DNA from: Heterodontus francisci
Taxonomy: Eukaryota
Direction of reading: 5' to 3'
NCBI RefSeq assembly: GCF_036365525.1
Contig: NC_090402.1
Span: forward strand, 8,707,079-8,771,078
DNA length: 64,000 nt
Of the stretch, positions 1-12,395 are shown one piece after another; position 1 is the first letter of the stretch, and each line of letters starts with the position of its first letter. The notes beneath the pieces were generated by a model that worked only from the letters and a program-made list of their open reading frames with translations, had not been told where the DNA came from and made no database searches. A program made the translations under genes and the position numbers.

Positions 1-880
1 CCGCGAGAATCCGCTTCGTGTTTTGTTTAGTTTGCTCCGAGTCGCGGTGCGAGGGAGGGCAGACAGAGAGAGAGAGAGAGAGAGGGGGGGGGGGGGGGGC
101 GGGGAGATCAGCAGCCTCAAGGGGCAGGCTCGGGGCGGCTGGAAGCCGGCGCGAAGCCCGGGGCCGCCGGGTTGGCTCGGGACTCAGGCCCGGGGACACA
201 AGGGTCGGCGCTTGGCCCACATCCGACCACCCGGGAGCAGGGCATCGGCGCGGAGCGGGGCTGGCTCCCTCCTCATCAGCCACACAGCGGCTTCCCTCCC
301 GCTCCAGAGACCGGCTGCTGAGGGACCGGGGAGGGAATTTATTTTCTTATTAAATGTTCCCTCACAGAGGCGCCGCCGCCTCCGGAAGTTATTTTCAATG
401 CTTTCCCCTCCGCTTCTCCTCACACACCCGACCCGCTGCTCTTCCCCCGGCCTCCTGTCAACGACTCGGCGGCCGCGCTCCTCCTTCTTCCCGCCTCCCC
501 GCCAGTCAGCCACTCCAATCAAAACGCACCGTCCATTGGCCGCACGGCCGGGCGCATTAACGACACCTTTAATTGGTTCCATCCAAACAATGAACGAAGG
601 ACAGTGCTGATTGGCCAGAAATCAAACTGTCCGAATCAAACCTTTTCATTGGACTGCACGCTGCACAAAGATAAAAGAGCAACGCCGATTGGCGAACATC
701 TAAACGTCTTCAGCTACGTCGTCTTCGATTGGTTAGTTGGGGGCCGACGTCACCTGCGAACGTCTGATTGGTTGCTGATGCTCGCATCTGATTGGTTAGC
801 TAAGATTCGTATCTGATTGGATTATTTCTTGACTTCTGTTTCATTTGTATCAATTGTTATTGGTTACTTATTGGGAGGAC
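1..880 (-). promoter_or_regulatory. CpG-island promoter and probable 5' UTR of a minus-strand gene that continues off the left edge (candidate FAM102A/EEIG1 by synteny only)
   Basis: Very GC/CpG-rich 1-560; GC box near 490-503, ETS CCGGAAGT 382-389, CRE-like GACGTCA 746-752, eleven ATTGG (CCAAT on - strand) at 535-870 lying to the right of the island. No coding sequence recognised; gene identity is inferred from human gene order around SLC25A25. Confidence 0.7.
64..99. repeat. (GA)n microsatellite followed by poly-G
   Basis: Directly visible agagagag...gggggggg. Confidence 0.9.
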
Positions 881-1044
881 AGGATATCAAGGGATTTAAT
901 AGGCGTTGTTTATTTACCATTTGTGTAATGTTTACGTGCAACTGATAGGCCAGTTCTCAGCACAGCCTTTGAGGTGATTTTATTAGCATGAAGTGTACAT
1001 GTTTCTGTCATCAGCACCAAAAGCCAAACCTAACACGTGGACCA

Positions 1045-1127
1045 AAGCAAAATACAGTGGAGGCTGGAAATACTCAGTAGGTCAGGCAGTATCTGTGGAA
1101 AGAGAAACAGAGTTAAAGTTTCAGACT
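1045..1127 (-). mobile_element. Penelope-like pLTR fragment
   Basis: gctggaaatactcagtaggtcaggcagtatctgtggaaagagaaacagagttaa matches the termini of the element at 49754-53244. Confidence 0.75.
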
Positions 1128-1134
1128 TAGGAGA

Positions 1135-3850
1135 CAAAGGTGCTCCACAGGAGCATTATAAGACAAAATATGACTCCAAGCTATATTAGCTCAGATGACC
1201 AAAAGCTTGGTCAAAGAGGTAGGTTTTAAGGAGTATATTAAAGGAGGAAAGCGAGGTAGAGAGATTTAGGGAGGGAGTTCCAGAGCTTAGGGCCCAGGCA
1301 ACTGAAGACACTGCCACCAGTGATGGAGAAATTAAAATTGGCGAAGTCATGGAGGAATTTGAAAACAAGGATGAGAATTTTAAAATCAAGATGTTGCTTG
1401 GCTGGGAGTCAATGTAGGTCAGCGAGCACAGGGGTGATAGGTGAATGGGACTTGGTGCGGATTAAGACACGGGCAGCAGAGTTTTGGACCTCAGGTTTAC
1501 AGAGGGTAGAATGTGGGAGACCAACTAGAAGTGCATTGGAATAGTCAAGTCTAGAGGTAATGAAGGCCTGATTGAGGGTTTTAGCAGCAGGTGAGCTGAG
1601 ACGGGGCGATGTTACGGAGGTGGACATTGGCAGTCATAGTGATGGCGCAAATATAAGCTCAGAAGCTCATCTCGGGGTCAAATGTGACATCACGGTTGTG
1701 AACAGACTGTTTTAATCTCAGACTGCTGCCAGGGAGAGGGATGGAGTCGATAGCTAGGGAACAGAATTTGGAGCGGGGACCAAAAACAATGGCTTCAGTC
1801 TTCCCAATATTTAATTGGAGGAAATTTCTGTTCATTCAGTACTGGATATCAGATAAGCAGTCTGATAGTTTAACAACAGTGGAGCAATCAAGAGAGGTGG
1901 AGGTGAGGTAGAGCTGGGTGTCATCAGCGTACATGTGAAAACTAAGGCTATGCTTTCACATGATGTTTCTGAGGAGAGCATGTAGATGAGAAATAGGAGG
2001 GGGTCAAGGATAGAACCTTGGGCGATGCCAGAGGTAACTGCAGGAGCAGGAAGAGAAGCCATTGCAAGTGATTCTCTGGCTATGATTAGATGGATAAGAA
2101 TGGAACCAGGTGAGAGCAGACCCACCCAGCTGGACAACAGTGGAGAGGTGTTGGAGGAGGATGATGTGGTCAACCATGTTAAAGGCTGCAGACAGGTCGA
2201 GAAGGATGAGGATGGAAAGTTTACCTTTGTCACAGTCACATAGGATGTCATTTGTGACTTTGTTAAGAGCTGTTTTGGTTCTGTGGCAGGGACAGAAACC
2301 TGATTGGGGTGGGGGGGGCGGGGGGATTCAAACATGGAGTTCCAGGAAAGATGGGAATGGATTTGGGAGGTGAAAACATGTTCCTGGACTTTACAAGGAT
2401 GGTAGAATCAAGGGTTGGTTTGTTGAGGCGGGAGTGATGACGGTAAATTTAAAGGGGAGAGGGACAACACCTGGAGAGAGAGAGAGAACCGTTAACCGCT
2501 AACATTGGGACCAGGAGGGGAAGTTGAGTGGTCAGCAGTTCAGGGGGAATAAGATTGAGGGAGCAGGAGGTGGGTCTCATGGACAAGATGAGCTCGGAGA
2601 GGGCATGAGGGTAGATAGGAGAGAAACTAGGTAAAGATGTGAGTTCAAGGCTAGGGCAGCGGGGAGCATTAGAGGAAGTTTGGCCTGTTGGGTTACTGGA
2701 AGGGAGGGACACGGCAGAGGCAGCTGATCAGATGATCTCGATCTTAGTGACAAAGAAGTTCATGAGCTCCTTGCGCTTAGTGTTGGATGTGAGGGTGAAG
2801 GGAACAGGGAGAGGGTTTTAAGAAGATGGTTTGCAGTATAGAAAAGAAGCCGGGTGTTATCTTTGTCTTACAGGATGATCTTGGAATAGTGAGCAGCTTT
2901 AGCAAATGAGGGCAGGACCCGATAGTGGCCCAGACAGATCTGACGCCGATGGCTCAACCACTCATCTGTCATATCCTTTCAAGTCTGTGGCCCTTGGACT
3001 TAAGGGAGTGGAGATGAGGGCTGTACCAGAGGGGTTGGCCAGGGTGAGAGAGACTGATCTTTTTATTTGTGACTGGGGCATCAGAGGTGGAGGTGAGGAT
3101 ATAGTTGAGCAAATCAGTAGCTGCAGAAATGTCATAGCAAACAAAGGGCCAAAAGCTAGAGAGTTGGGATTTTGAAGGTATGTTTGTACTTGAGTTGGGG
3201 AATAGTTTTTCCAGGGACAGGTATAGAAGGAGATAGTGGTGGGGAATGGAAAGGGGTGTGCCTGGTGAGTGATACAGGGAACTGATCAGAGATGGCCTTA
3301 TCTGTGATTGATACAATGTGACTAGCAAGACCACGTGAGATGGGTGTGGTCGTGAATATGGGGTGGGGAGTTTACACAGAGGGAGAGATTTAGGGAGGAT
3401 CAGAGGCAATGACCTCAGAGGAGAGAGAACATGATGTTGAAATCGCTGAGGATGAGAAGTCGCTCAGTTCAGAGGGAGGAAAGCAGTGCAGATAACTGGG
3501 TAAGAACATTTTTATCGTACTTGGGAGGAAGGTGCAGGATGATGATTTTGAAAAAGAGGTGACAGGGTGGAACAAGGCAATATTCTCAAAGGAGGTGAAA
3601 GTGCCAGAGGAGTAGAGATCAGGCCAAGATGTGATGTGGTGATAAGTGCCACACTATCACCGCGACAGTCTTGGTGGGGCAAGTGATGGAAGACGTAGCC
3701 AGGCAGGGAGGCTTCATTAAGTGGCAAAGTGTCATCACCCCTCAGTCAGGTTTCTGTTAAGGCCATGATGTCGATGCAATCATCCACAAGAAGTTCATGG
3801 ATGGCAAGGGCCTTGTTCACAAGTGAACGGATATTCTAGAGGGAGAGGGT
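1135..3850 (-). mobile_element. Degenerate L2-clade LINE covering most of ORF2 (APE endonuclease to RT/C-terminus)
   Basis: Minus-strand peptide fragments AFITSRLDYSNALLVGLP...QNSAARVL...PITPVLADLH, VTSGIAQGSILDPLLFLIYM, EASLPGYVFHHLPHQDCRGDSVALI; 3' end FNILLKTYLFDQAF; many frameshifts. Confidence 0.9.
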
Positions 3851-3942
3851 GGAAGGGAAGATCTGTGGCAGGCAGGAGTGATTTCAATGACAAAAGGGAG
3901 ATGACAACGGGACAAGCAAATGGATACATGATGGGTCTAGAG

Positions 3943-4805
3943 GACAGAAAATGCTGGAAATACTCAGCAGGTCAGGTAGCATCTGTGGAGAGAGAAACAG
4001 AGTTAACATTTCAGGTCAATTACCTTTCATCAAGACTGGAAAAAGTTAAGAGATGTGACAGCTTTAAAGCAGTATAGAGGCAGGGAAAGGAGGCAGGAGA
4101 GAATAGAACAAAACGGAAGCTCAGAGAAAGGGTAGAAGGCAGGAGAGATTGAATGGTCTGAAATTGTTGGATTCAATATTAATTCCGCACGTCTGTAAAG
4201 TGCCTAATTGAAAATTAGGGTGCTCTTCCTCAAGCTTACATTGAGTGTCATTAGGACAGTGTAGGAAACTGAGGACAGAGAGATCAGAGTGGGACTGGGG
4301 TGGAGAATTCCAGAATCCACAGTATTTTGCTTTTCCATCGATCTAGAGGAGCTGCAAACTGCAACAGCTGAACGATTACCAGTACTCGCTGTCCGAGAAA
4401 ATGGGAGCAGCAGTTATGATGCGAAATCGCTGAACTCAATTTTGAGTCCAAAATATTGTGGAAAGATGCCTCATGGAAAGGTGAGATGCTGTTCCTCAAG
4501 CTTGTGTTGAGTTTCTTCTCCGGAACAGTGTAGGAGGCTGACAGCTGAGAGATCAGAGTGGGAACAAGGTGGAGAATTAAAATGACGGGTGACCAGAAAC
4601 TCAGGGTCATGCTTGCAGACTGCAGAGAGATGTTCAGCAAAGCGGTCACCCAGTCTGTATTTGGTCTCCCCAATGTAGAGGAGACCACATTGTGAGCTGT
4701 GAATACAGTATACTAAATTGAACTGAGGGGGAGGGGAGAAGTGAAAGCAGAAGGGTGGGAAATGGGTCGGACACAGTTGAGGTACTTGTCAACCACAGTG
4801 GTTTG
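3943..4805 (-). mobile_element. Penelope-like element fragments (pLTR plus GIY-YIG end, internally rearranged)
   Basis: pLTR at 3945-4040; remainder similar to 50170-50480 (ggtcacccagtctgtatttggtctccccaatgtagaggaga...aatacagtatactaaattg). Confidence 0.8.
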
Positions 4806-4911
4806 GGGGCTGGGTGGGGCAGCGTTAGGGGAGTTGGGGGTATAGAGATGTTTACTGTTTGTGTATTGCATGAAACTGGTGACATGTTTTAAACTAAAAA
4901 TAAGTGATTGT

Positions 4912-5810
4912 CACAGAATCACAGAATTGTTACATTTCAGAAGGAGGCCATTCAGCCCATCGTGACTGCACTGGTTCTCCAGATGAGCATCTCACCTAGT
5001 GCCATTCCCTGCCTTCTCCCCGTAACCCTGCACATTCTTCCTTTTTATATAACTGTCTAGTTCCCTTTTGAATGCTTCAATTGAACCTGCTTCCACCACA
5101 CTCTCAGGCAGCGCATTCCAGACCTTAACCATTCACTGCATGAAAATTTTTTTCCTCATGTCACTTTTGCTTCTCTTACCAAATAATTTAAATCTGTGCC
5201 CTCTCGCTCTCGACCCTTTCACGAGTGGGAACAGTTTCTCTCTATCTACTCTGTCCGGACCCCTCATGATTTTGAATACCTCTATCAAATCTCCTCTCAG
5301 CCTTCTCTTCTCCAAGGAAAATAGTCCCAACTTCTCCAATTCATCTTCATAACTGAAGTTCCTAATCCCTGGAATCATTCTCATGAATCTTTACTGCACC
5401 CTCCCTAACGTCTTCACATCCTTCCTAAAGTGCGGTGCCCAGAACTGGACGCGATACTACAGCTGTGGCTGAACTAGTGTCTTATACAAGTTCAACATAA
5501 CCTACTTGCTCTTGTACTCTCTGCCCCTATTAATAAAGCCCAGGACACTGTATGCTTTATTAACCGCGCTCTCAACCTGTCCTGCCACCTTCAATGACTT
5601 ATGCACATATACACCCAGGTCCCTCTGCTCCTGCACCCCCTTTAGAATTGTACCCTTTATTTTATATTGTCTATCCATCTTCTTCCTACCAAAATGAATC
5701 ATTTCACATTTCTCCACATTAAACTTCATCTGCCACCTGTCTGCCCATTCCACCAACTTGTCTACGTCCTTTTGCAGTTCTACACTATCTTCCTCACAGT
5801 TCACAATGCT
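4912..5810 (-). mobile_element. CR1-clade LINE, 5'-truncated 3' fragment
   Basis: LVEWADRWQMKFNVEKCEMIHFGRK...QEQRDLGVYVHKSLK and LGLFSLEKRRLRGDLIEVFKIM; (ATTCTGTG)2 tail at about 4912-4928. Confidence 0.92.
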
Positions 5811-5984
5811 TCTCATTCTTAATGAGTGACTTTCTGAAAGTCTGACTGTGTGCACAGAGAATAAACACAATATTGCAAGGTGTGGGAAACAGAGATCTGG
5901 AGTGAAGTTAAGGTTCATTCAACATCAGCACAGTAAAGTAATGCGTGCACACAGTGAATGAGTTACACTCACCCAATTCTTGGG

Positions 5985-6395
5985 TTTGTTTTTTTAAAAA
6001 CTTTTCATGGGCTGTGGGCATCGTTGGCAAGGCCAGCATTTGTTGCCCGTCCCTAATTGCCCTTGAACTGAGTGGCTGGCTAGGCCATTTAAGAGGGCAG
6101 TTAAGAGTCAGCCACATTGCTGTGGGTCTGGAGTCACATGTAGGCCAGACCAGGTGAAAGCAGCAGATTTCCTTCCCTGAAGGACATTAGTGAACCAGAT
6201 GGGTTTTTACACAATTGATGATAATTTCACGGCACCATCACTGAGACCAGTTTCAATTCCAGATTTTTATTAAATTAATTGAATCTAAATTCCACCAGCT
6301 GCCGTGGTGGGATTTAAACCCACGCCCCCAGGGCATTAGCCTGGGCCTCTGGATTACTAGTGCAGTGACATTAACACTACATCACCATCTCCTCT
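5985..6395 (-). mobile_element. tRNA-derived SINE (central domain resembles Meta domain) sharing its tail with the LINE at 35320-36210
   Basis: tRNA-like head on - strand near 6310-6390, central GTCCTTCAGGGAAGGAAATCTGC...TGGCCTACATGTGACTCCAGAC, tail AAGGGCAATTAGGGA.GGGCAA...CCCATGAA-A-rich. Confidence 0.8.
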
Positions 6396-6959
6396 CCCTT
6401 CAGTAATCTCCCCGGCTCATTTAAAAATAGTGACTAATCCATTGAAGCTTTGCCAAGCCACCACTGCAGATGTGAAGGCAGACAATAGGTTTTAATTGGA
6501 GTCCATGGATTTGAGCATGTCTATGAGGTCATCAGAATTCTGTATTGTATAATTTGCTGCCCTTGTTTACTCCCTTGCAGTGATTGGTATTTTCGGTAAC
6601 GTCGGCACTGTTTCCCTTTGGGTGGATGAGATTGTGATTTGTAAATGGGGACAGTGGGTGCTAGGTGTATATTCATATTGTCAGGGATCGTCCACTGTAG
6701 AAGTTGGACAATCATGATCTGGATGACAAAAATCACCCGAATCTCTCCTGCATCTGAAGCAGATCTCGCTGGATGGTGATCAGGAGCAGGGATCCGAGCT
6801 TATTTGCTCTTTCAGCCCAGGCACATCTGGAACACAACGTAGCCCAGCAATAGCACCTGGGAATTTTCTTGGTTTTCTGGCTATTCCCTCACCATGCATT
6901 GGAACAGCTACAGCTTGCTTATCTGCCCATAAATGGCCAAGCATCAGGATGTGGCCGCT

Positions 6960-7590
6960 TGATTCAGTGGGTAGCGCTCTCGTTTCTGAGTTCAAAGGTT
7001 GTGGCTTCAAGTCCTCACACCAGAGACCTGAGCACAAATCCAGGCTGGCACATCCAGTGCCAGTACTGAGGGAGTGCCGCACTGTTGGAGGAGGTGTTTT
7101 TGCAGATGAAATACTAAATTGAGGCCTCCATCTGCCCTCTCAGGTGAAGGTAAAAGATCCCATGGCACCATTTTGAAGAGGAGCAGGGGAGTTCTCCTGG
7201 TGCCCTGTGGCCAATATTTATCCCACAGCCAACATCACTAATAACAGATTATCTGGACATGATCACATTGCTGTTTGTGGGATCTTGCTGTGTTCTTTAA
7301 AATTTATTCATGGGATGTGGGCGTCACTGGCTAGGCCAACCTTTATTGCCCATCCCTAATTGCTCTTGAGAAGGTGGTGATGAGCTGCTCAAGGGCAATT
7401 AGGGATGGGCAATAAATGCTGGCCTAGCCAGTGATGCCCACATCCCATGAATGAATAAAAAAAATTGCTGCCACATTTCCTATATTACAGCAATGACTAC
7501 ACTTCAAAATAACATCATTGGCTCAAAAGTATTTTGGAATGTCCTGATGTTGTGAAAGATGCTATAGAAATGCAAGCTATTTCTCTTCTA
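6960..7590 (+). mobile_element. SacSINE1/DeuSINE-like SINE, interrupted by a hairpin insertion at about 7295-7463
   Basis: tRNA-like head, cagtactgagggagtg hairpin, Deu-like core tgcagatgaaatactaaattgaggcc...gtaaaagatcccatggcac, tail gctatagaaatgcaag. Confidence 0.85.
7306..7452. repeat. Inverted repeat formed by two opposed LINE 3' tails
   Basis: Arms 7306-7370 and 7388-7452 are near-perfect reverse complements with a 17-nt spacer. Confidence 0.92.
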
Positions 7591-7609
7591 TGCGTCTTTA
7601 CACATATTT

Positions 7610-8125
7610 TAGAAATTACTCAAATTTTGCAGCACAGAAACAGCCCATTTGGTCCACCTGCTCCGTGCTGGTGTTTATGCTCAACACGAGCCTCCTTCCA
7701 CCCCCTCTTCATCTCACCCGATCAGCATATCCTTCTATTCCTTTCTCCCTCATGTGTTTATCCAGCTTTCCCTTAAATGTATTGATACTATTCACCTCAA
7801 TCACTCCCTGTGGTAGTGAGCTCAACATTCTCACCACTCTCTGGGCAAAGAAGTTTCTCCTGAATTCCCGATTAAATTCATTGATGACTATTTTATATTT
7901 ATGGCTCCTAGATCTAGTCTCCCCCACATTTTCTCTATGTCTACTTTGTCAAACCCTTTCATTATTTTAAAGACCTCTATCAGGTTCCCCTCCCCCCTTC
8001 GCTTTTCTAGAGAAAAGAAGTAGAACCTCTCAGTCCTGGTATCATTCTTGTAAAAAAAAAAGACAATTGCACCTTCTCCAGTGCCTCTACATCCTTCTCG
8101 GAAACTTTCCCAGTACTCCCAAGTG
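7610..8125 (-). mobile_element. CR1 3' fragment
   Basis: RSHKYKIVINEFNREFRRNFFAQRVVRMLSSLP...TFKGKLDKHMREKGIEGY. Confidence 0.88.
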
Positions 8126-9899
8126 TTAAATTATGTTTTATTTTCAAGGTTAAGACAAGCTAAGGAACTCCCCGATGACCTGGATGTACTAAATGTAGCG
8201 CATGACAGTGTCTTAAGCATAAACCTTGTGTTCGATCACTAGGTGTGTACTGAGCTAGCTGACCTCAGCCAGGCTGGTGATTGCACACTACAACTTCCAC
8301 AGGCTCTTGAGGCTAGGGAGGGGATAAAGCACCCAGTTTGCCAGCTGTTGTTCACCATCTAATGATGCTGGCTAGAAAGTGGAGACATATTGGGCGAGAT
8401 TTGGATCAGGCTCCGCTGTGATAGCACCCATAGTTGCATGGCTGCTCAGGTTTGAAGGAAAAGAATGAGATACTTGGGGATGGTGATAAGTCTCCATTAC
8501 CCATGGAACAAGTACCCCAGCATGAGTCACTGTCTTCCGGACAGGAAGGGATAAATTAGGACTAAAAGGATCAAAAATAAAACTTGTCCCTACTTTGCGT
8601 TCCACCCAAAAATAAATGTTCCTAGCACATAAGAGAAGTAGCTCTTTAAAAGTAATCCTTAACAAATGCATATTGTGGCAATGATTACATGCTTGTACTT
8701 GATGTAAAACATTGAAGGGAGCCAGGCCTCCATCTGGTTGGTTTGCATGTTTGAGTCACATTCATGACATCGAGAGTCAAAGGAGTGCCAATTTTGGAGA
8801 AAAAAAAGCAATCCAAATCTCGCCAAAATGACTAATGTTTGCTCTGCAACTGTGCTGTCGCAGTTCATTCCCAGCAGAGTTCTGCAGAATGCAAATCGTA
8901 CCAAGGCCCATTTTCACCCTGTACCTCTTTCATGGGCATAGCTAGGAGATGTCAAGGCTGCTTCTGTTTGTCCTGATTATCGTATAGAATATGCTTCCAG
9001 TGTGCTTATTTTACTGAAACGTGTATTTATAAAATAATTGAGCAATTATCATGACCTCATTTTGTAAAAAAAAAATCCTGCAGAGAGGGAAATAGCTTGG
9101 CAGACATCACATCAGGGCCCCCTAGAGGGAATAAGATGATATCATGATGTTTTACAGCTATGAAAAATACATTGCTTGGAGAGCATTTAATTTGCAAATT
9201 AAATATAAATGCAAAAAACGCAAGAGCTATCTATGGCCACAAATAGCTGTGCTTTTTAAGATGAGCCAAACTTATTGTTAAAATATTTTGGATGTGTTAG
9301 TTTACCTAAGAGAGGGAGAAGGACACACAACACATAACACATATATTTCTTTGCTCCAATAAAGATACAATTGAAAAGCAACAAGCTCCAGGTTTCAGCG
9401 CTGATTATTACAAAGGTGTTCAGCCAGTCCCACCTGGCACTCACAGCAATAGGAGTGGCTTCCTCAATTTATGGACTAATTAATTCCATAGAGAATAGAT
9501 CAGCCTGACCTCCTCCTGGCCAGCATTCTTCACAAGCTTCACCGAGATCTGACAGGGCGCACAACTCCCTACAGAATCACGACCGCAAGATCAGCAGCCG
9601 TAGCTAATGCATTTGCTACTTTAAGTTAGTGGCTCCCGATCCATTTACAGTTTCACTGGAGCAGTCAAAGCCACAAGTCAACATTCCTCAATAGTCCATA
9701 AGGTCTGTGCAGAATTATCAGCAGCAAAGCTTCACACAGGAATTCCTATCGAACACGCTCTCAGATAACACCATTAGCTGCAAGATTCAGCCATTCAAAG
9801 ACATATTGAACCAGGGTTGTTGAAGCATGCATCAGGTTAGGAAAAAAGCACTGTGGACTTCATTGTTGGCAGCCCAAAACGATCCCTTGTGATTTGGTG

Positions 9900-10750
9900 A
9901 AAGCTGTGACTCACCACTTTCATTTCCGAGTCAGTCAGTTGAAATCCAACTGCAGAAACTTCAGCCAGGCTCAGACTCCAATGCAGTATTGAGGGAGCGC
10001 TGCACTGTCAGAGGCACTGTCTTTAGTATGAGCTGTTAAACTGAGGCCCCATCTGCCCTCTCAGGTGGATGTAAAAGATCCCATGACCCTATTTCAAAGA
10101 ACATAGGAGCAGGAGTAGGCCATTCAGCCCATCGAGCCTGCCCCGCCATTCAATATGATCATGGCTAATTGTCCACTTCAATACCTTTTTCCCACACTAT
10201 CCCCATATCCCTTTATGTCATTGGTATTTAGAAATCTGTCAATCTCTGCTTTAAACATACTCAATGACTGAGCTTCCACAGCCCTCTGGGGTAGAGAATT
10301 CCAAAGATTCACAACCCTCTGAGTAAAGAAATTTCTCCTCATCTCTGTCCTAAGAGGCTTCCCTCTTATTATGAAATTGTATCCCCTGGTTCCAGACTCC
10401 CCAACCAGGGGAAACATCTTACCTACATCTACCCTGTCTATCCCTTTAAGTATTTTCTAGGTTTCGATGAGATCACCTGTCATTCTTTGAAACACTAGAG
10501 AATTCAGGCCCAGTTTCCCCAACAGTCCCGCCATCCCGGGAACAAGGAAGAGCAGGGGAGTTCTCCCTCGTGTCCTGGCCAATATTTATCCCTCAACCAA
10601 CATCACGAAAACAGATTATATGGTCATTTTTGCTGTTTGTGGGATCTTGCTGTGGGCAAAATGGCTGCCTCGTTTCCTACATTGCAACAGTGACTACACT
10701 TCCAACATACTTCACTGGCTGTAAAGAGCTTTGGGATGATCTGAGAACCT
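9900..10750 (+). mobile_element. SacSINE1-like SINE split by a nested CR1 insertion
   Basis: SINE sequence stops near 10100 (ctatttcaaaga) and resumes near 10547 (gaagagcaggggagttctcc). Confidence 0.8.
10098..10545 (-). mobile_element. CR1 3' fragment nested in SINE
   Basis: MFPLVGESGTRGYNFIIRGKPLRTEMRRNFFTQRVVNLWNSLPQ; CR1 3' UTR aggagcaggagtaggccattcagccc. Confidence 0.88.
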
Positions 10751-11324
10751 TTTACTGTTTCCTCTGACAGCACCTTATACCTGACCTGTCTAAAACACAA
10801 CAGAGGCTTAGTTTAAAAAGTAAAACTGCTTTATACAGATGGCAAATAAAAGAATTCCCATATATCCAGCCTGTGCACTGTACTGTCAGTCCCTCCTCAA
10901 CCCCAACACCCCTCCCCACCCTTCCCCATTCCCCCCCCTCACCTCCCCTCCCCATGCCCCTCCCCACCTGAGTAAGCCATTCAGTTAAGGACAATTAGGG
11001 ATGGACAAAACCTGCTGGGCTGGCCAGTGACGCCCTTGTCCCATGAATGAATAAAAAAGACGGGAAATAGGACTGAGATACAGATTAGCCATTATCTAAT
11101 TGAATGGTGGAACAGGCTTGAGTGGCTGAATGGCCTGCTCCTGCTCCTATGCTCTTTGTCCTCACAGGCCCTTTCCCATTGATTTCTAATCCCTTCTCCA
11201 TGACATCCTGAAACTACTAGTAGGTTCCTTTTTTTAGTGGAATATACTTATTTTATACACTCTCTCTTTTCAAACGGAGAACCCAGTGCTGCTCTGCAGT
11301 GCATCAGTGTCTCTATTTCCACAG

Positions 11325-12395
11325 CCTTACACCCCTCCCTATCTCTGTAACCTCCCCCAGCCCCTACACCCCTCCCTATCTCTGTAACCTCTCCAGCCCC
11401 TGCAACCCTCCCTTTCTGTAACCTCCCCCAGCCCCTACAACCCTCCCTATCGCTGTAACCTCCTCCAGCCCCTACACCCCTCCCTATCTCTGTAACCTCT
11501 CCAGCCCCTGCAACCCTCCCTTTCTGTAACCTCCCCCAGCCCCTACAACCCTCCCTATCTCTGTAACCTCCCCCAGCCCCTACACCCCTCCCTATCTCTG
11601 TAACCTCCTCCAGCCCCTGCAACCCTCCCTTTCTGTAACCTCCCCCAGCCCCTACAACCCTCCCTATCGCTGTAACCTCCCCCAGCCCCTACAACCCTCC
11701 CTATCTCTGTAACCTCCCCCAGCCCCTACAACCCTCCCTATCTCTGTAACCTCCTCCAGCCCCTGCAACCCTCCCTTTCTGTAACCTCTCCCAGCCCCTA
11801 CAACCCTCCCTATCTCTGTAACCTCCTCCAGCCCCTACAACCCTCCCTATCGCTGTAACCTCCTCCAGCCCCTACAACCCTCCCTATCTCTGTAACCTCC
11901 TCCAGCCCCTGCAACCCTCCCTTTCTGTAACCTCCCCCAGCCCTTACAACCCTCCCTATCTCTGTAACCTCCCCCAGCCCCTACAACCCTCCCTATCTCT
12001 GTAACCTCCTCCAGCCCTACACCCCTCCCTATCTCCGTAACCTCCTGTAATCTCCTCCTGCCCCACAACCTTCCCTATCTCTGTAAGCTCCTCCAGCCCA
12101 ACAACCCTCCCTATCTCTGTAACCTCTTCCAGCCCTACACCCCTCCCTATCTCTGTAACCTCCTGTAATCTCCTCCTGCCCCACAACCTTCCCTATCTCT
12201 GTAAGCTCCTCCAGCCCAACAACCCTCCCTATCTCTGTAAGCTCCTCCGGCCCAACAACCCTCCCTATCTCTGTAACCTCCTCCAGCCCTACAACTCTCC
12301 CTATCTCTGTAACTTCCTCCATCCCCTACAACCCTCCCTATCTTTATAACCTCCTCCAGCCCTACAACCCTCCCTATCCCTGTAAGCTCCTCCGG
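11325..12395 (+). repeat. 35-37 bp C-rich minisatellite derived from the L2 ORF2 3' region
   Basis: About 29 units of CCAGCCCCTACAACCCTCCCTATCTCTGTAACCTCCT; single-copy counterpart in the L2 at about 22960-23005. Confidence 0.95.

Noticed and set aside
18-610. ORFs of 111-195 aa in the left CpG island
   Set aside because: Low-complexity Arg/Gly/Pro products crossing a GA/G microsatellite; expected in GC-rich UTR/promoter sequence; no recognisable domain
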